This document shows positions 10,603 through 23,650 of a stretch of 64,000 nt of DNA, one piece after another (positions within the stretch are counted from its first letter, which is position 1; every line of letters begins with the position of its first letter). The notes beneath the pieces were generated by a model. That model did not search any database and was not told the origin of the DNA. It saw nothing but the letters and a program-made list of their open reading frames with translations. The stretch covers positions 1 through 64,000 of the forward strand of contig NW_021832376.1 in assembly GCF_006345805.1 (NCBI RefSeq), written 5' to 3'. This stretch comes from Octopus sinensis (lineage: Eukaryota). The position numbers and the translations under genes were made by a program.

Positions 10603-11895
10603 GCTTCCGTTACCTAGGTGACCAAGTCAGTAGCGGGGAAGGGTGCGCTGAAAGTGTAGCTGTTAGAATAAGAATAGCCTGGGCAAACTTCAGAGAGCTC
10701 TTGCCTCTGGTGGTGACAAAGGGCCTCTCGCTCAGAGTAAAAGATAGACGTATGATGCATGTGTATGAACAGCCATGCTACATGGCAGTAAAACATGGGC
10801 CGTGACTGGTGAGGACATGCGTAAACTTGCAAGGAATGAAGCCAGTATGCTCTGATGGATGTGTAATGTCAGTGTGCATACTTGACAGAGTGTAAGTACC
10901 TTGAGTGAAAAGTTGGACCTAAGAAGCATCAGTTGTGGTGTGCAAGAGAGACGACTGCACTGGTATAGTCATGTGGCAAGAATGGATGAGGATAGCTGTG
11001 TGAAAATGTGCCACACCCTAGCGGTTGAGGGAATCTGTGGAAGAGGTAGACCCAGGAAGACCTGGGATAAGGTGGTGAAGCATGACCTTCGAACATTGAA
11101 CCTCACCGAGGCAATGACTAGTGACCGAGACCTTTGGAAATATGCTGTGCTTGAGAAGACCCAGCAAGCCAAGTGAGACCATAACCTGTGGCCTATGCCA
11201 GGGGTGTAACCAGCCCACTTATGCATACCTTTCCTTCATTGGACACTAAAATCTGCTTGCAAAGACCTGTTGAGGCAAGTGAAGTCGAAATCAAATTCGA
11301 TGACTGGCATCCATGCTAGTGGAGCGCTAAGAGCACCATGCGACTGTGATCGTTGCTAGAGCAGCTGACTGGCAATCGTGCCAGTGGCATGTAAAACTCA
11401 CCATTCAAGCGTGATTGTTACCAGCATTTCCTTACTGGCACTTGTGTCTGTGGCACGTGAAAAGACATTCGAGCGAGGTCATTGCCAGTGCAGCTGGACT
11501 GACTCCTGTGCAGGTGGCATGTAAAAAACACCATTTGAGCATGGCTGTTGCCAGTAACTCCTGACTGGCCCTCGTACCGGTGGCATGTAAAAGCACCATT
11601 CGTGCGTGTTCATTACCAGTGTCGCCTTACTTGTGCTGGTGTGCAGGTGACACATAAAAAAAACACGATTTTTTTCGTGGCCGTTGCCAGTACCGCCTGA
11701 CTGGCCCCCGTGCTGGTGGCACGTAAAAGCACCCACTACACTCTTGGAGTGGTTGGCGTTAGGAAGGGCATCCAGCTGTAGAAACTCTGGCAGATCAAGA
11801 TTGGAGCCTGGTGCAGCCATCTGGTTCGCCAGTCCTCAATCAAATTGTCTAACCCAGCATGGAAAGCGGACATTAAATGATGATGATGATAATGA
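10603..11895 (+). mobile_element. RTE-clade LINE 3' fragment: ORF C-terminus, hairpin-array 3' UTR and (GAT)n tail
   Basis: FRYLGDQVSSG..., ...CGVQERRLHWYSHVARM...RGRPRKTW... The same sequence family occurs at 50420-52560. Confidence 0.9.
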
Positions 11896-11904
11896 TATTT
11901 TTTT

Positions 11905-12075
11905 TTTTAATTGTTTCAGTCATTTGACTGCAGCCATGCTGGGGCACCGCCTTTAATTGAGCAACTCGACCCCGGGACTTATTCTTTGTAAGCCCAGTAC
12001 TTATTCTATCGGTCTCTTTTGCCGAACCGCTAAGTGACGGGGCATAAACACACCAGCATCGGTTGTCAAGCAATG
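11905..12075 (-). mobile_element. SINE family A, 3' half
   Basis: Reverse complement of the family A tail. Confidence 0.85.
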
Positions 12076-12599
12076 TTTATATATATATATATATCATCAT
12101 CATATCATTTGACGTCCGTTTTTCCATGCTTGCATGGGTCAGATGGAATTTGTTGAGGCATACTTCTATAGCAGGATGCTCTTCCTGCTGCTAATCCTTA
12201 ACTGCTTCCAAGCAAGGTGATATTCTCCCATAGCTAGACATGTCCTTTGCTCATTCGATGATGATGATGATGATCGATACAACCATCACGTAATGTCTGC
12301 AAAAGGGTGCACATGTGCACACACGCTCTCTCCCTCCCTCCCTCTCTTTCTCCCTCCCCTTCTCTCTTCCCCTCTTTCCTCTCTCTCACATGTACACTCG
12401 CACACACATATTCTTTCATTTTTCATCTGTCAGATCTACTCACAAAGCTTCAGTTGGCCTGAGTCTGTAGTAGAAGACACTTGCCCAAGACACTAGACAC
12501 TAGCGTAGCTGGGGGGTGGTGGTCAGGGGAGGTCCACCCCGGGTGGCACTTTTAAAGACGCAGCACTTTTCAATCCTGTTGTAGGCTATAGCTGTAGGC

Positions 12600-12613
12600 C
12601 CGTTGTATATATG

Positions 12614-12658
<45 letters not shown>

Positions 12659-12865
12659 GGATGTGTGTGTATATGTTTGTGTGTCTGTGTTTGTCCCCCA
12701 CCTCCAACATCGCTTGACAACCGATGCTGGTGTGTTTACATCCCCGTAACTTAGCGGTTCGGCGAAAGAGACCGATAGAATAAGTCCTGGGGGTCGATTT
12801 GCTCGACTAAAGGCGGTGCTCCAGCATGGCCACGGCCATATGACTGAAACAAGTAAAAGGGTAAA
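12600..12865 (+). mobile_element. SINE family A, partial
   Basis: Internal microsatellite plus 3' half. Confidence 0.8.
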
Positions 12866-13145
12866 AGTGTCCGGGGAGATTAAATGAAACAGCATTTGTA
12901 CTATTGGTTTCAAATTTTGGCACAAGGCCAGCAATTTCAAGGAAGGGGTAAGTTGAGTACATTGATTCTCGTACTCAGCTGATGCTTACTTTGTCAACCC
13001 CGGAAAAGATGAAAGGCAAAGTGGACCTAGCAGCACCTGAACTCAGACCTTTTTTTTATTTTTAAGACTGACTCAAATTTTCTATTTTTACTAACACCAT
13101 AAAAGATCTGAAAGGTTTGAAGTTTGTATGTGACTGATAAAAGAG

Positions 13146-13500
13146 GCACGGGCACGGCTGTGTGGTAAGAAGTTTGCTTCCCAACCACTTAGTTCCAGGT
13201 TCAATCCCACTATGAGGCACCTTGGGCATGTGCCTTTATTATAGCCTTGTGAGTGGATTTGGTAGGCAGAAACTAAAAGAAGCCCGTTGTATATATGTGT
13301 GTGTGTCATTGTTTGTTTCACCACCACTACCACCACTGGTGTTGTGTTTATGTCCCTGTAACTTAGCAGTTCAGCAAAAGAGAACAATAGAATAAGTTCC
13401 AGGCTTAGAAAATGTACTGAGATCAATTCAGTCGACGAAAATTCTTCAAGGCAGTGCCCCAGCATGACCGCAATCTAAGGACTGAAATAAGTGAAAGATA
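13146..13500 (+). mobile_element. SINE family A, diverged
   Basis: Head and tail recognisable. Confidence 0.75.
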
Positions 13501-13619
13501 AAATTTAAAAAACAGATTTTGCCAGGTTGCACGATAAAGAAAAGGAATGGGAGAAAGAGAGTCTGCCGAATGTCGACCCAACAGAGGGACCAGCTATCCG
13601 AGTTGACCGTACCTTGGTA

Positions 13620-13925
13620 GATGTGTAATGTCAGTGTGCATACTTGACAGAGTGTAAGTACCTTGAGAGAAAAGTTGGACCTAAGAAGCATCAAATGTGG
13701 TGTGCAAGAGAGATGACTGGCCCTCGTGCCAGTGGTATGTAAAAGCACCCACTACACTCTCGGAGTGGTTGGCATTAGGAAGCGCATCCAGCTGTAGAAA
13801 CTCTGCCAAATCAAATTGGAGCCTGGTGCAGCCATCTGATTCACCAGTCCTCAGTCAAATCGTCCAACCCATGCCAACATCGAAAGCAGACATTAAACGA
13901 CTATGATGATGATGATGATGATGAT
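13620..13925 (+). mobile_element. RTE fragment joined to an RTE 3' tail with (GAT)n
   Basis: 13620-13710 matches 10860-10950. GGCATCCAGCTGTAGAAAC tail follows. Confidence 0.75.
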
Positions 13926-14173
13926 GAACTATTCTCCAAAAACTTATTCTTTATTGCAGCATAGAACCAAATGTTGTGTAATGAAACAACAGATGAACTA
14001 AAATACAATGTGGCACAAATACTGTTAGGTTTGTTTCTTCAAATAACTGAAATAATTTAGAACAAAATTTGGCATTTTCTTTCAGATAAACCTAATTAGC
14101 AATTAGTCATTTAGTATATATTTCAATTCAAAACAGTAAAGTCATCTGGGATCATTCTCTCTCTCTCTCTCTG

Positions 14174-14238
<65 letters not shown>

Positions 14239-14819
14239 GTGTATGTATATCTTGTATGTGTGTCTATTATCTCTTGTATATTTGTGTATATTATCACTAT
14301 TGTGTATGGCTGTCTATTCTCTCGAGTATTGTTCTGAATCCTCTTTTGTATATGCGTATGTTGTTTGACTGGAGAGCAGTTGTTGATTGAACAGGTCTAT
14401 AACGAACAGTGTTCCATCCATGACCAGTCCCTCTTAACTTTTAGCTATTGGCATATCTGACGTTACGTTATCTAATGTGTTCCTCTTTGTTCAGGACGGT
14501 AGGCTGTGATTTGTGAGAGATTTAGCTGCTATTTCATAGATTGCATAGATCTTCCGCTGCTCATATGTTTCTTTGTTCGCTTGTTACGTATGCCTACGTG
14601 TATCTGGTCATGTATGTGTGCAGTGTGTCTGTATTATGCTTGTGTGTATGTGTTGTGAGTATCTGCATCTATATCTATAGGATTACTGGATTAGTATTTC
14701 ACACTGGGTTTCACACACACACACACAATACATGTAATATGTACACCATACATACATATACACACTTTGAAAATGCGTGCACAGACACATGCAAATAATT
14801 CACACCCATTTTTTTCCTT

Positions 14820-15302
14820 CTTTCGACACTAAAACTCTGCTTGCGAAGACCTGTTGAGGCAAGTGAAATCAAAATCAAATATCAAAATCAAAATCAAATT
14901 CGATCACTGGCATCCGTGCTAGCAGGGTGCAAAGAGCACCATATGAGTGTGATCATTGCTAACCGGCTTCCGTGCCAGTGGCATGTAAAAGGGCACCATT
15001 TGAGCGTGATTGTTACCAGCATCGCCTTATTGGCACCTGTGCCGGTGGCATGTGTAAAAAGATTTGAGCGAGGTCATTGCCAGTACCGCCTGACTGGCCC
15101 CTGTGACGGTGGCACATAAAAGCACCCACTAAACTCTCGGAGTGGTTGACGTTAAGAAGGGCATCCAGCTGTAGAAATTCTGCCAGATCAAGACTGGAGC
15201 CTGGTGCAGCCATCTGGTTTGCCAGCCCCCCCCCAGTCAAAATCGTCCAACCCATGCCAGCATGGAAAGCAGACGTTAAACGATGATGATGATGATGATG
15301 AT
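14820..15302 (+). mobile_element. RTE 3' UTR/tail with (GAT)n
   Basis: Matches 11240-11895. Confidence 0.85.
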
Positions 15303-15761
15303 CTTATGTGTTACACAAACAAGGACACATCAGACAATGCCTTTGAAACATGAAAAGATAGGATGGTCATAAGTGGAACCCCTATGGCTGTAGGTGTTCT
15401 CACAGACAGAGTTAACAACAATGATGAAGAACTTACACACTCTTCTTCTTCTGGGCATCTTCTGCAGCATTGTCTTCCAAATAAAACCAATTTACTCGTC
15501 CAACCCATGCTAGCATGGAAAGCAGACGTTAAACGATGATGATGATGATGATGATGATGATTTACATATATGAAATGTGGGCACCATACATACATGTGTG
15601 CATCTCACACACACACACATACACACACGTCAAATATACACCATTGATACATGTGCACCATATAAAAACAGATGCACACATGCACATACATGCGTCAGAC
15701 ACACCATGTACAGATAAGCCTGTGTGCCATACATATTGAGCACTTGTAGAACTTGTGCCCA

Positions 15762-15975
15762 ATCCTGCATGTAAACCATACCTATTTCTTTACTACCCAC
15801 AAGGGGCTAAACACAGAGAGGACAAACAAGGAGAGACAAACAGATTAAGTCGATTATATCGACCCCAGTACATAACTGGTACTTATCTAATCGACGCTGA
15901 AATGATGAAAGGCAGAGTCAACCTTGGCGGAATTTGAACTCAGAACGTAACGGCTACGCATTTTGCCCACGTGCT
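15762..15975 (-). mobile_element. SINE family B (tRNA-derived, head GGCGAGCTGGCAGAATCGTTAGCACG)
   Basis: Reverse complement of the copies at 19610, 37795 and 53590. Confidence 0.8.
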
Positions 15976-16907
15976 AACGTTTCTGCCAGTTCGTCGCCTA
16001 TACCATACCATAAACACACACACACCATATGCAACCCATACCAAATATACACCACAACCCATATATACAGAATACTCACACTCTGGACCACGTATATAAC
16101 CAGACATGTCCACAACGCCTCATAACACCATTTCGTCATCCTCAAAGACAACTACATCACATGGCCACAACATCCTGATAACACTTCCTCTTTCTATCCA
16201 GACGTCTACAACTCACAAGAACTAAACTCCAACACCATTCAAACAATACCAGCTCTTGCACAATTCAGACACGTCTAAAATACTTCACGGTACCATTTTC
16301 ACACACTTTTCTCCACCTCTCCACATCGAATACCACAGAACACAACAACATCATCCTACCAATACTGTGTCTCTCTTGCAGAGCCCAGGTACATCTACAA
16401 TACCTTAAAAAACAACTCCAACACCATCTTAACAACACTGTCTCCCACTCTGTCTAGACACAGCAACAACACTTCACAACACTTCACAACATCATCCTAA
16501 CAACAATGTCACACCCACTTAGTCTATGCACATCTGCAACATCATCTTAGCAACATTATGGAGGTCCACATAAGATTTTGTTGTTAAAATTTAGATGCAA
16601 TAAACTAGGTATACTTCTACAATTCATGAAATATTTTAACAATATTTAATTATAAAAATATAATAGGATTTTTTAAACATCAAATAATTATGGAGATTTA
16701 GTAGCATAAAATAGGAATCAAAGGGTCCATCATCATCATCATCATCATCATCGTTTAACGTCCGCTTTCCATGGGTTAGACGATTTAACTGAGGACTGGT
16801 GAACCCGATGGCTGCACCAGGCTCCAATTTGATCTGGCAGAGTTTCTACAGCTGGATGACCTTCCTAACACATATATAAAAAATGGTTAAGAACCCTTGA
16901 TCTAGAC

Positions 16908-17490
16908 CAGTGGTTCTTAACCAAGGTCCATAGAAATTTTTTTTTTGGGGGGGGTCATACTGCAAAATAGGAACTTCAGGATCCACAATAGTATTTTAAG
17001 TATCCTTGAAAAAATTTTTTCCGTGCTGGTGGCACATTAAAAGCACCAACTGATCGTGGCCACTGCCAGACGCCCCTGGCATCTGTGCCGGTGGCATGTA
17101 AAAAGCACCCACTACACTCGCGGAGTGGTTGGATTTAGGAAGGGCATCCAGCTGTAGAAAAACTGCCAGATCAGATTGGAACCTGGTGCAGCCTCCTGGC
17201 TTCCCAGACCCCGGTCGAACCGTCCAACCCATGCCAGCATGGAAAACGGACGTTAAACGATGATGATGTATGTATTAGTATGTATTTCAAGAAACAGCTG
17301 GGTTTCTTTCTCTAACATTTTACATAATTCAACCTGCACAAGTTAATGTGTGGGAAACAAAATAGGAATTTTGGAAGAAGTTTCTATAAAACTAGTTTTT
17401 AAACATCAAATGGCTAGGGGGGGGGGGTCCACCAGAATAAAATAGCAAACAAAGGGGTCCATAGATAAAAAAAATGGTTGAGAACCCCTG
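16908..17490. mobile_element. hAT-like MITE interrupted by an RTE tail (~17010-17270)
   Basis: TIRs CAGTGGTTCTTAACC and GGTTGAGAACCCCTG. The 8-bp TSD is ATCTAGAC (16900-16907) / GTCTAGAC (17491-17498). A related MITE ends immediately upstream at ~16899. Confidence 0.75.
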
Positions 17491-17872
17491 GTCTAGACAA
17501 GCATATAAAAGCAACTCTGGTCTTTGCATTACTCTAGCTATGTCCATTTTGTTACAAGCTTTCAGGTCAGGTCTCTACTAGCCTTGACTGGAGTGATTAT
17601 TGCTATCTTTCCTACCCTGATTAAATAATAATGTAATTCATAAAAAATATTCGCACAAAAATAGCATTACTTTATTATCAACATCATTAAACCCAAGTAA
17701 GATCTCCAAATACGAGTGCAGAAGTTTGGCAATTATCCTACAGTTATTGAATCCATCTTGTTCACTTCTGCTGAATCTATAGAGAACAGACCTGGGTTAA
17801 AATAACTGAAATCTCCCTCTGACCACTCTTTTCAGTCTTGTGTATTATTCACATACATACATATCTTTTTAT

Positions 17873-18286
17873 CTTTTATCTTTTACTTGTTTCAGTCATT
17901 TGACTGCGGCCATGCTGGAGCACCGCCTTTAGTCGAGCAAATCGACCTCGGGACTTGTTCTTTGTAAGCCCAGTACTTATTCTATCGGTCTCTTTTTGCC
18001 GAACCGCTAAGTGACGGGGACGTAAACACACCAGCATCGGTTGTCAAGCAATGCTTGGGGGACAAACACAGACACACAAACACACACGCACATACACACA
18101 TACATATATATATACATATATACGACAGGCTTCTTTCAGTTTCCGTCTACTAAATCCACTCACAAGGCATTGGTCAGCCCGGGGCTATAGCAGAAGACAC
18201 TTGCCCAAGATGCCACGCAGTGGGACTGAACCCGGAACCATGTGTTTGGTTAGCAAGCTACTTACCACACAGCCACTCCTGCGCCT
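17873..18286 (-). mobile_element. SINE family A, full length
   Basis: Reverse complement of the consensus. Confidence 0.9.
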
Positions 18287-18655
18287 ATATATGTTTGAGC
18301 CAACACAAAAGAGATTTATATGGGGGCCAGTCCTGGTGGAAACAATGAATGAATCTCTCTCCAGTTATAAGCTACTGAAGAAGCGCATAAATGCATTCAT
18401 CATAATATACACATGGTAGCTAGAACTGATAGAAATAACTGCAAAATTCCCTTCCAATCACACCCCATTGCCATCATCATCATCATCATCGTTCAACGTC
18501 CGTTTTCCATGCTAGCATGGATTGGACGGTTTGACCGGGGTCTGGGAAGCCAGGAGGCTGTACCAGGCCCAGTCAGATCTGGCAGTGTTTCTACAGCTGG
18601 ATGCCCTTCCTAACGCCAACCACTCCGTGGTTATATATATATATATATATATATA

Positions 18656-19067
18656 GGCACAGGAGTGGCTGTGTAGTAAGTAGCTTGCTAACCAACCACA
18701 TGGTTCCGGGTTCAGTCCCACTGCGTGGCATCTTGGGCAAGTGTCTTCTGCTATAGCCCTGGGCCGACCAATGCCTTGTGAGTGGATTTGGTAGACGGAA
18801 ACTGAAAGAAGCCTGTCGTATATATGTATATATATATAAGTGTGTGTGTATGTGTTTGTGTGTCTGTGTTTGTCCCCCTAGCATTGCTTGACAACCGATG
18901 GTGGTATGCTTACGTCCCCATCACTTAGCAGTTCGGCAAAAGAGACCGATAGAATAAGTACTGGGCTTACAAAAGAATAAGTCCCGGGGTCGAGTTGCTC
19001 GATTAAAGGTGGTGCTCCAGCATGGCTTCAGTCAAATGACTGAAACAAGTAAAAGAGAGAAAAGAGA
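18656..19067 (+). mobile_element. SINE family A, full length
   Basis: Head and tail intact. Confidence 0.9.
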
Positions 19068-19609
19068 GGTAGCTAGAACTGATAGAAATAACTGCAAAAT
19101 TCCCTTCAAATCACACCTCATTGTCTTATGTATATATGTGTGTATATGAACCAACAAGGGAGACTTCTGTATAATCTTTCTGGAGCTGCTGCCAGAGACA
19201 GAGAAAGTGAGAGATGCAAAAGTGTTGGAGAATGGCATAGTTAATGGTTATCTCTATTTCCTTAGAGATATTACTTATTTGGAGATATTGAAAATAAGTG
19301 CAACAGGGTAACACTTGACAGGGTGAGACAGGTAATCCTTCTTGGAGATGGGTCACACCGTAGTGTATTTTCAAAGATCAGGGTATATTCCTTGTGAAAA
19401 GGTAGCGATAGAAGAGTATGGGGAGTAGGCTCTTAAGATACAATGTTTGAGTGCATGTGTGTATAGACCCCTACTCCCAAACTGCAACTGGACCTTTTGA
19501 TCCTTTGCCAAAAGAATATCCGACATCTATATACATCATCGTCATCGTCATCGTCATTTAACATCTACTTTCCATGCCAGCATGGGTTGGATGGTTTGAC
19601 ATCCAAGGC

Positions 19610-19853
19610 GAGCTGGTGAGCTGGCAGAATCTGGCAGAATCGTTAGCACGCTTGACGAAATGCTTAGCGGTATTTCGTCTGCCGCTACATTCTGAGTTCA
19701 AATTCTGCCGAGGTCAACTTTGCCTTTCATCCTTTCGGAGTCGATAAATTAAGTACCAGTTACGCACTGGGGTCGATCTAATTGACTTAATCCGTCTGTC
19801 TGTCCTTGTTTGTCTCCTCTGTGTTTAGCCCCTTGTGGGTAGTAAAGAAATAG
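19610..19853 (+). mobile_element. SINE family B, inserted into a minus-strand RTE tail (19540-19600 and 19855-19965)
   Basis: Head GGCGAGCTGG...CAGAATCGTTAGCACG, GTTCAAATTC B-box, end AAAGAAATAGG. Confidence 0.85.
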
Positions 19854-20130
19854 GTTTGACTGGGGACTGGCGAGCCAGGAGGCTGTACCAGGCCCCGATC
19901 TGATCTGGCAAGGTTTCTACAGCTGGATGCCCTTCCTAGCGCTAACCACTCCGAGTGTATAGTACGCATTAAAATATATGTGTGTGTGAGAGGGTGGGGT
20001 AACTTATAGAAAAGGGACATCCAAGAAGACATGGGGAAAGATGACGGTGGGTTGCAATGATTGGTGACAGACAGTACTGAAGAAAACGCCCTCACCTCTA
20101 CAGGCAAAGCAAATTGAATATTACAGTTTG

Positions 20131-20293
20131 TGCAGGAGTGGCTGTGTGGTAAGTAGCTTGCTAACCAACCACATGGTTCCGGGTTCAGTCCCACTGCGTG
20201 GCACCTTGGGCAAGTGTCTTCTGCTATAGCCCCGGGCCGACCAATGCCTTGTGAGTGGATTTGGTAGACGGAAACTGAAAGAAGCCTGTCGTA

Positions 20294-20334
<41 letters not shown>

Positions 20335-20553
20335 TTGTTTGTGTGTCTGTGTTTGTCCCCCTAGCATTGCTTGACAACCGATGCTGGTGTGTTTACGTCC
20401 CCGTTACTTAGCGGTTCGGCAAAAGAGATCGATAGAATAAGTGCTGGGCTTATAAAAAAAAAAAGAATAAGTCCCGGGGTCGAGTTGCTCGACTAAAGGC
20501 GGTGCTCCAGCATGGCCGCAGTCAAATGACTGAAACAAGTAAAAGAGTAAAGA
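20131..20553 (+). mobile_element. SINE family A, full length
   Basis: Head and tail intact. Confidence 0.9.
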
Positions 20554-20795
20554 GTTGTGATGGAGTCTGAGTAGATTTGCATTTGGGTCTCTTGTTTAGC
20601 GTATCCTTGTTGAGTCTACACCTGCTGTCTGACCCAGTTCTTAATACCATCTCACCTCTCTGTTCATTCATCTCTATAACCCACCTTCTGTTCATTTATC
20701 CTCTAGTCTATTCACTGTTCTAATCTGCTTATACTGAGTATATACAAGGATGACAATTGAGAAAAATACAGAATGAAACAAACAAAAATATATAT

Positions 20796-21195
20796 AGGAG
20801 TGGCTGTGTGGTAAGTAGCTTACTAACCAACCACATGGTTCCAGGTTCAGTCCCACTGCATGGCATCTTGGGCAAGTGTCTTCTGCTATAACCCCGGGCC
20901 GACCAAAGCCTTGTGAGTGGATTTGGTAGACGGAAACTGAAAGAAGCCTGTCGTATATATGTGTATATATATATATATGTGTTTGTGTGTGTGTTTGTGT
21001 GTCTGTGTTTGTCCCCCTAGCATTGCTTGACAACCGATGCTGGTGTGTTTACGTCCCCGTCACTTAGCGGTTCGGCAAAAGAGACTGATAGAATAAGTAC
21101 TGGGCTTACAAAGAATAAGTCCCGGGGTCGATTTGCTCGACTAAAGGTGGTGCTCCAGCATAGCCACAGTCAAATGACTGAAACAAGTAAAAGAG
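20796..21195 (+). mobile_element. SINE family A, full length
   Basis: Head and tail intact. Confidence 0.9.
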
Positions 21196-21761
21196 TATAC
21201 ATTTGTGTGTGTGTGTATCATCATCCTTATCGTTTAGCATCCACTTTCCATGCTGGCATGGGTTGGATGGTTTGACTGGAACTGGTAAGCCGGAGAGCTG
21301 CACCAGGCTCCAGTCTGATTCTGCATTGTTTCTATGGAAAGATATTTGTAGACTAGAGATTTAATCTTAGAACTGGAAAGAGTTCAATACTTGCCAGTGG
21401 TCGGTGTTGTCATGCTGGACTCTGGGAACCTCAGACTATTCTTTTGCTGGATTCAGTAATTGGATTGCAACAGTACTAAAGCACAGTCTTCAACAGTCAA
21501 GTCACTTATATCAACACTAATATCTACCTACTTAGTTTGGCGTCAATTTTATTGATCTATTTGTTGAACTGCTAAAATTACAGACCACAAGGAAGGACAT
21601 GCCATAATGACACAACAATGATGCACAGATGTACCCCACAGACACTCACACACCTCATTTTCCCTTCCTCATTATATATATATTATGATATATATATAAT
21701 ATGATGATATATATATATATATATATCATCATATATATATATATATATATATATATCATAT

Positions 21762-21797
<36 letters not shown>

Positions 21798-22154
21798 GTA
21801 TTATGTATAGGTACATGCAATTAGGATATAGTCGTAGAATAATTTTTTTGCCATGTCTGCTCCTATTGTGTTGCTATGGATACTACAACAACTTCTCTCA
21901 TTGTTATTTTTTTTGTTTTGACATCTTTTCCTTTAGTCATATTTGTCTTACACAAGGGACACTAATCAATATTATTGTTAGAAATCAATACATATTATAA
22001 TATACCAATCTTACTTTGGTAATGTTGGTGATGGAAGGTGAGATTCTATAACATTCTGTCCGTACACTTATAGACTGCTCCCTAGAGCGGTTTATTCAAC
22101 TATACTTAAACAGGTTAAGTGACTGCTTCAAAACTTCCTTGGTGGCTCTCCCCC

Positions 22155-22187
<33 letters not shown>

Positions 22188-22391
22188 GCACCCTCATTAG
22201 CAATAACACATTAACAAGCTGTTTTACTGCTTTCTTCCCTCTTTTATCACCTGCTGCTGCTACAGTGTCTTGCTGAAACTTATCCAAGTTTTCTGAACAT
22301 TAAATGGTTGAGAGAACTCTGCCGCTGCTATAGAATTTCAATCTATCATACGATGTCCCTTGCTGTAATTTGAACTCGGTACTTCATGGCC

Positions 22392-22760
22392 GTATTTCGT
22401 CTGCCGCTACGTTCTGAGTTCAAATTCCGCCGAGGTCGACTTTGCCTTTCATCCTTTTGGGGTCGATAAATTAAGTACCAGTTATGCACTGGGGTCGATG
22501 TAATCGACTTAATCCGTTTGTCTGTCCTTGTTTGTCTCTTCTGTGTTTGGCCCCTTGTGGGTAGTAAAGAAATAGGTATTTCGTCTGCCGCTACGTTCTG
22601 AGTTCAAATTCCGCCGAGGTCGACTTTGCCTTTCATCCTTTCGGGGTCGATAAATTAAGTACCAGTTACGCACTGGGGTCGATGTAATCGACTTAATCTG
22701 TTTGTCTGTCCTTGTTTGTCCGCTCTGTGTTTAGCCCCTTGTGGGTAGTAAAGAAATAGA
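22392..22760 (+). mobile_element. Head-to-tail dimer of a 184-bp 5'-truncated SINE family B unit
   Basis: GTATTTCGTCTGCCGCTACG starts at 22392 and again at 22576. Confidence 0.85.
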
Positions 22761-23099
22761 TTTACCGGATTACTTCACAATCTTTTATTAATTCAACATT
22801 TCACAATGTCTCTCTCTACTGCAAGCGTTTTAGACACACCTTAATTAAAAAGAGCAGAATGAGTCATTAATACTTCAGATGAAGTCAGAGTTTCTTTGAG
22901 AAAGTTTGTTGCCGAAAACATTAGTTGTTTTAAATCCCCACATGTTAACATGTTGCCAACATGGACCGCCATCACATTCATACCCATACCCACTTCACTA
23001 ACTTCAGCATGACCCTTGGCTATGGATGTGTATGTTGTTTTCATTTAGTGGGGATAAATTTGTTACTGAGAAGGACAAGTAACCTTATAATGAATCATT

Positions 23100-23650
23100 T
23101 AAAATAATAATGAAATTATTGTATACAGTGCTCAGGTGCACCACAACTTGTCAAAAGTGCATATAAAGTACATGCAGTAATGTAAAAATGTCTGGGAAGT
23201 GAACAATGTATGAGTCAGATACATGCTTGCGTGTGTATGGAGGGGAGAAAATCAGGTGTAGTGTTGGCGAATATCAGGAAGCATGGAAGATTTGAAGGAT
23301 GCAGTGCTCCGACAACTAACAACTGATGCTGGCAGTTTGTTCCATGCTTCGGCAACTCTCAGCGTGAAAAAATGTTTCCGAAAGTCATGGGAGCTGTGCT
23401 GTTTTCTGACTTTGTAAACATGTCCACAGGTGTTAGACAGGTGGAGTTTGAAAAGGTGCTCAGAGTAATTGCTGCGTGTGGATGGAGGGGAGAAAATCAG
23501 GTGTAGTGTTGGTGAATTTCAGAAAGCATGGAAGTTTTGAAGGATGCAGTGCTCCGACAACCAACAACTGATGCTGGCAGTTTGTTCCATGCTTCAGCAA
23601 CTCTCAGCATGAAAAAATGTTTCCTGAAGTCATGGGAGCTGTGCTGTTTT
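23100..23650 (-). mobile_element. CR1-clade LINE 3' fragments, partly duplicated
   Basis: Minus strand encodes ...RKHFFTLRVAEAWNKLPASVV... and ends in the GTGCACCTGAGCAC stem-loop plus an (ATT)n-like tail. Confidence 0.8.

Noticed and set aside
16140-16560. Loosely repeated ACAACATCATCCTAACAAC motif
   Set aside because: The period is irregular and identity is low. It is probably an old minisatellite with no further structure visible.
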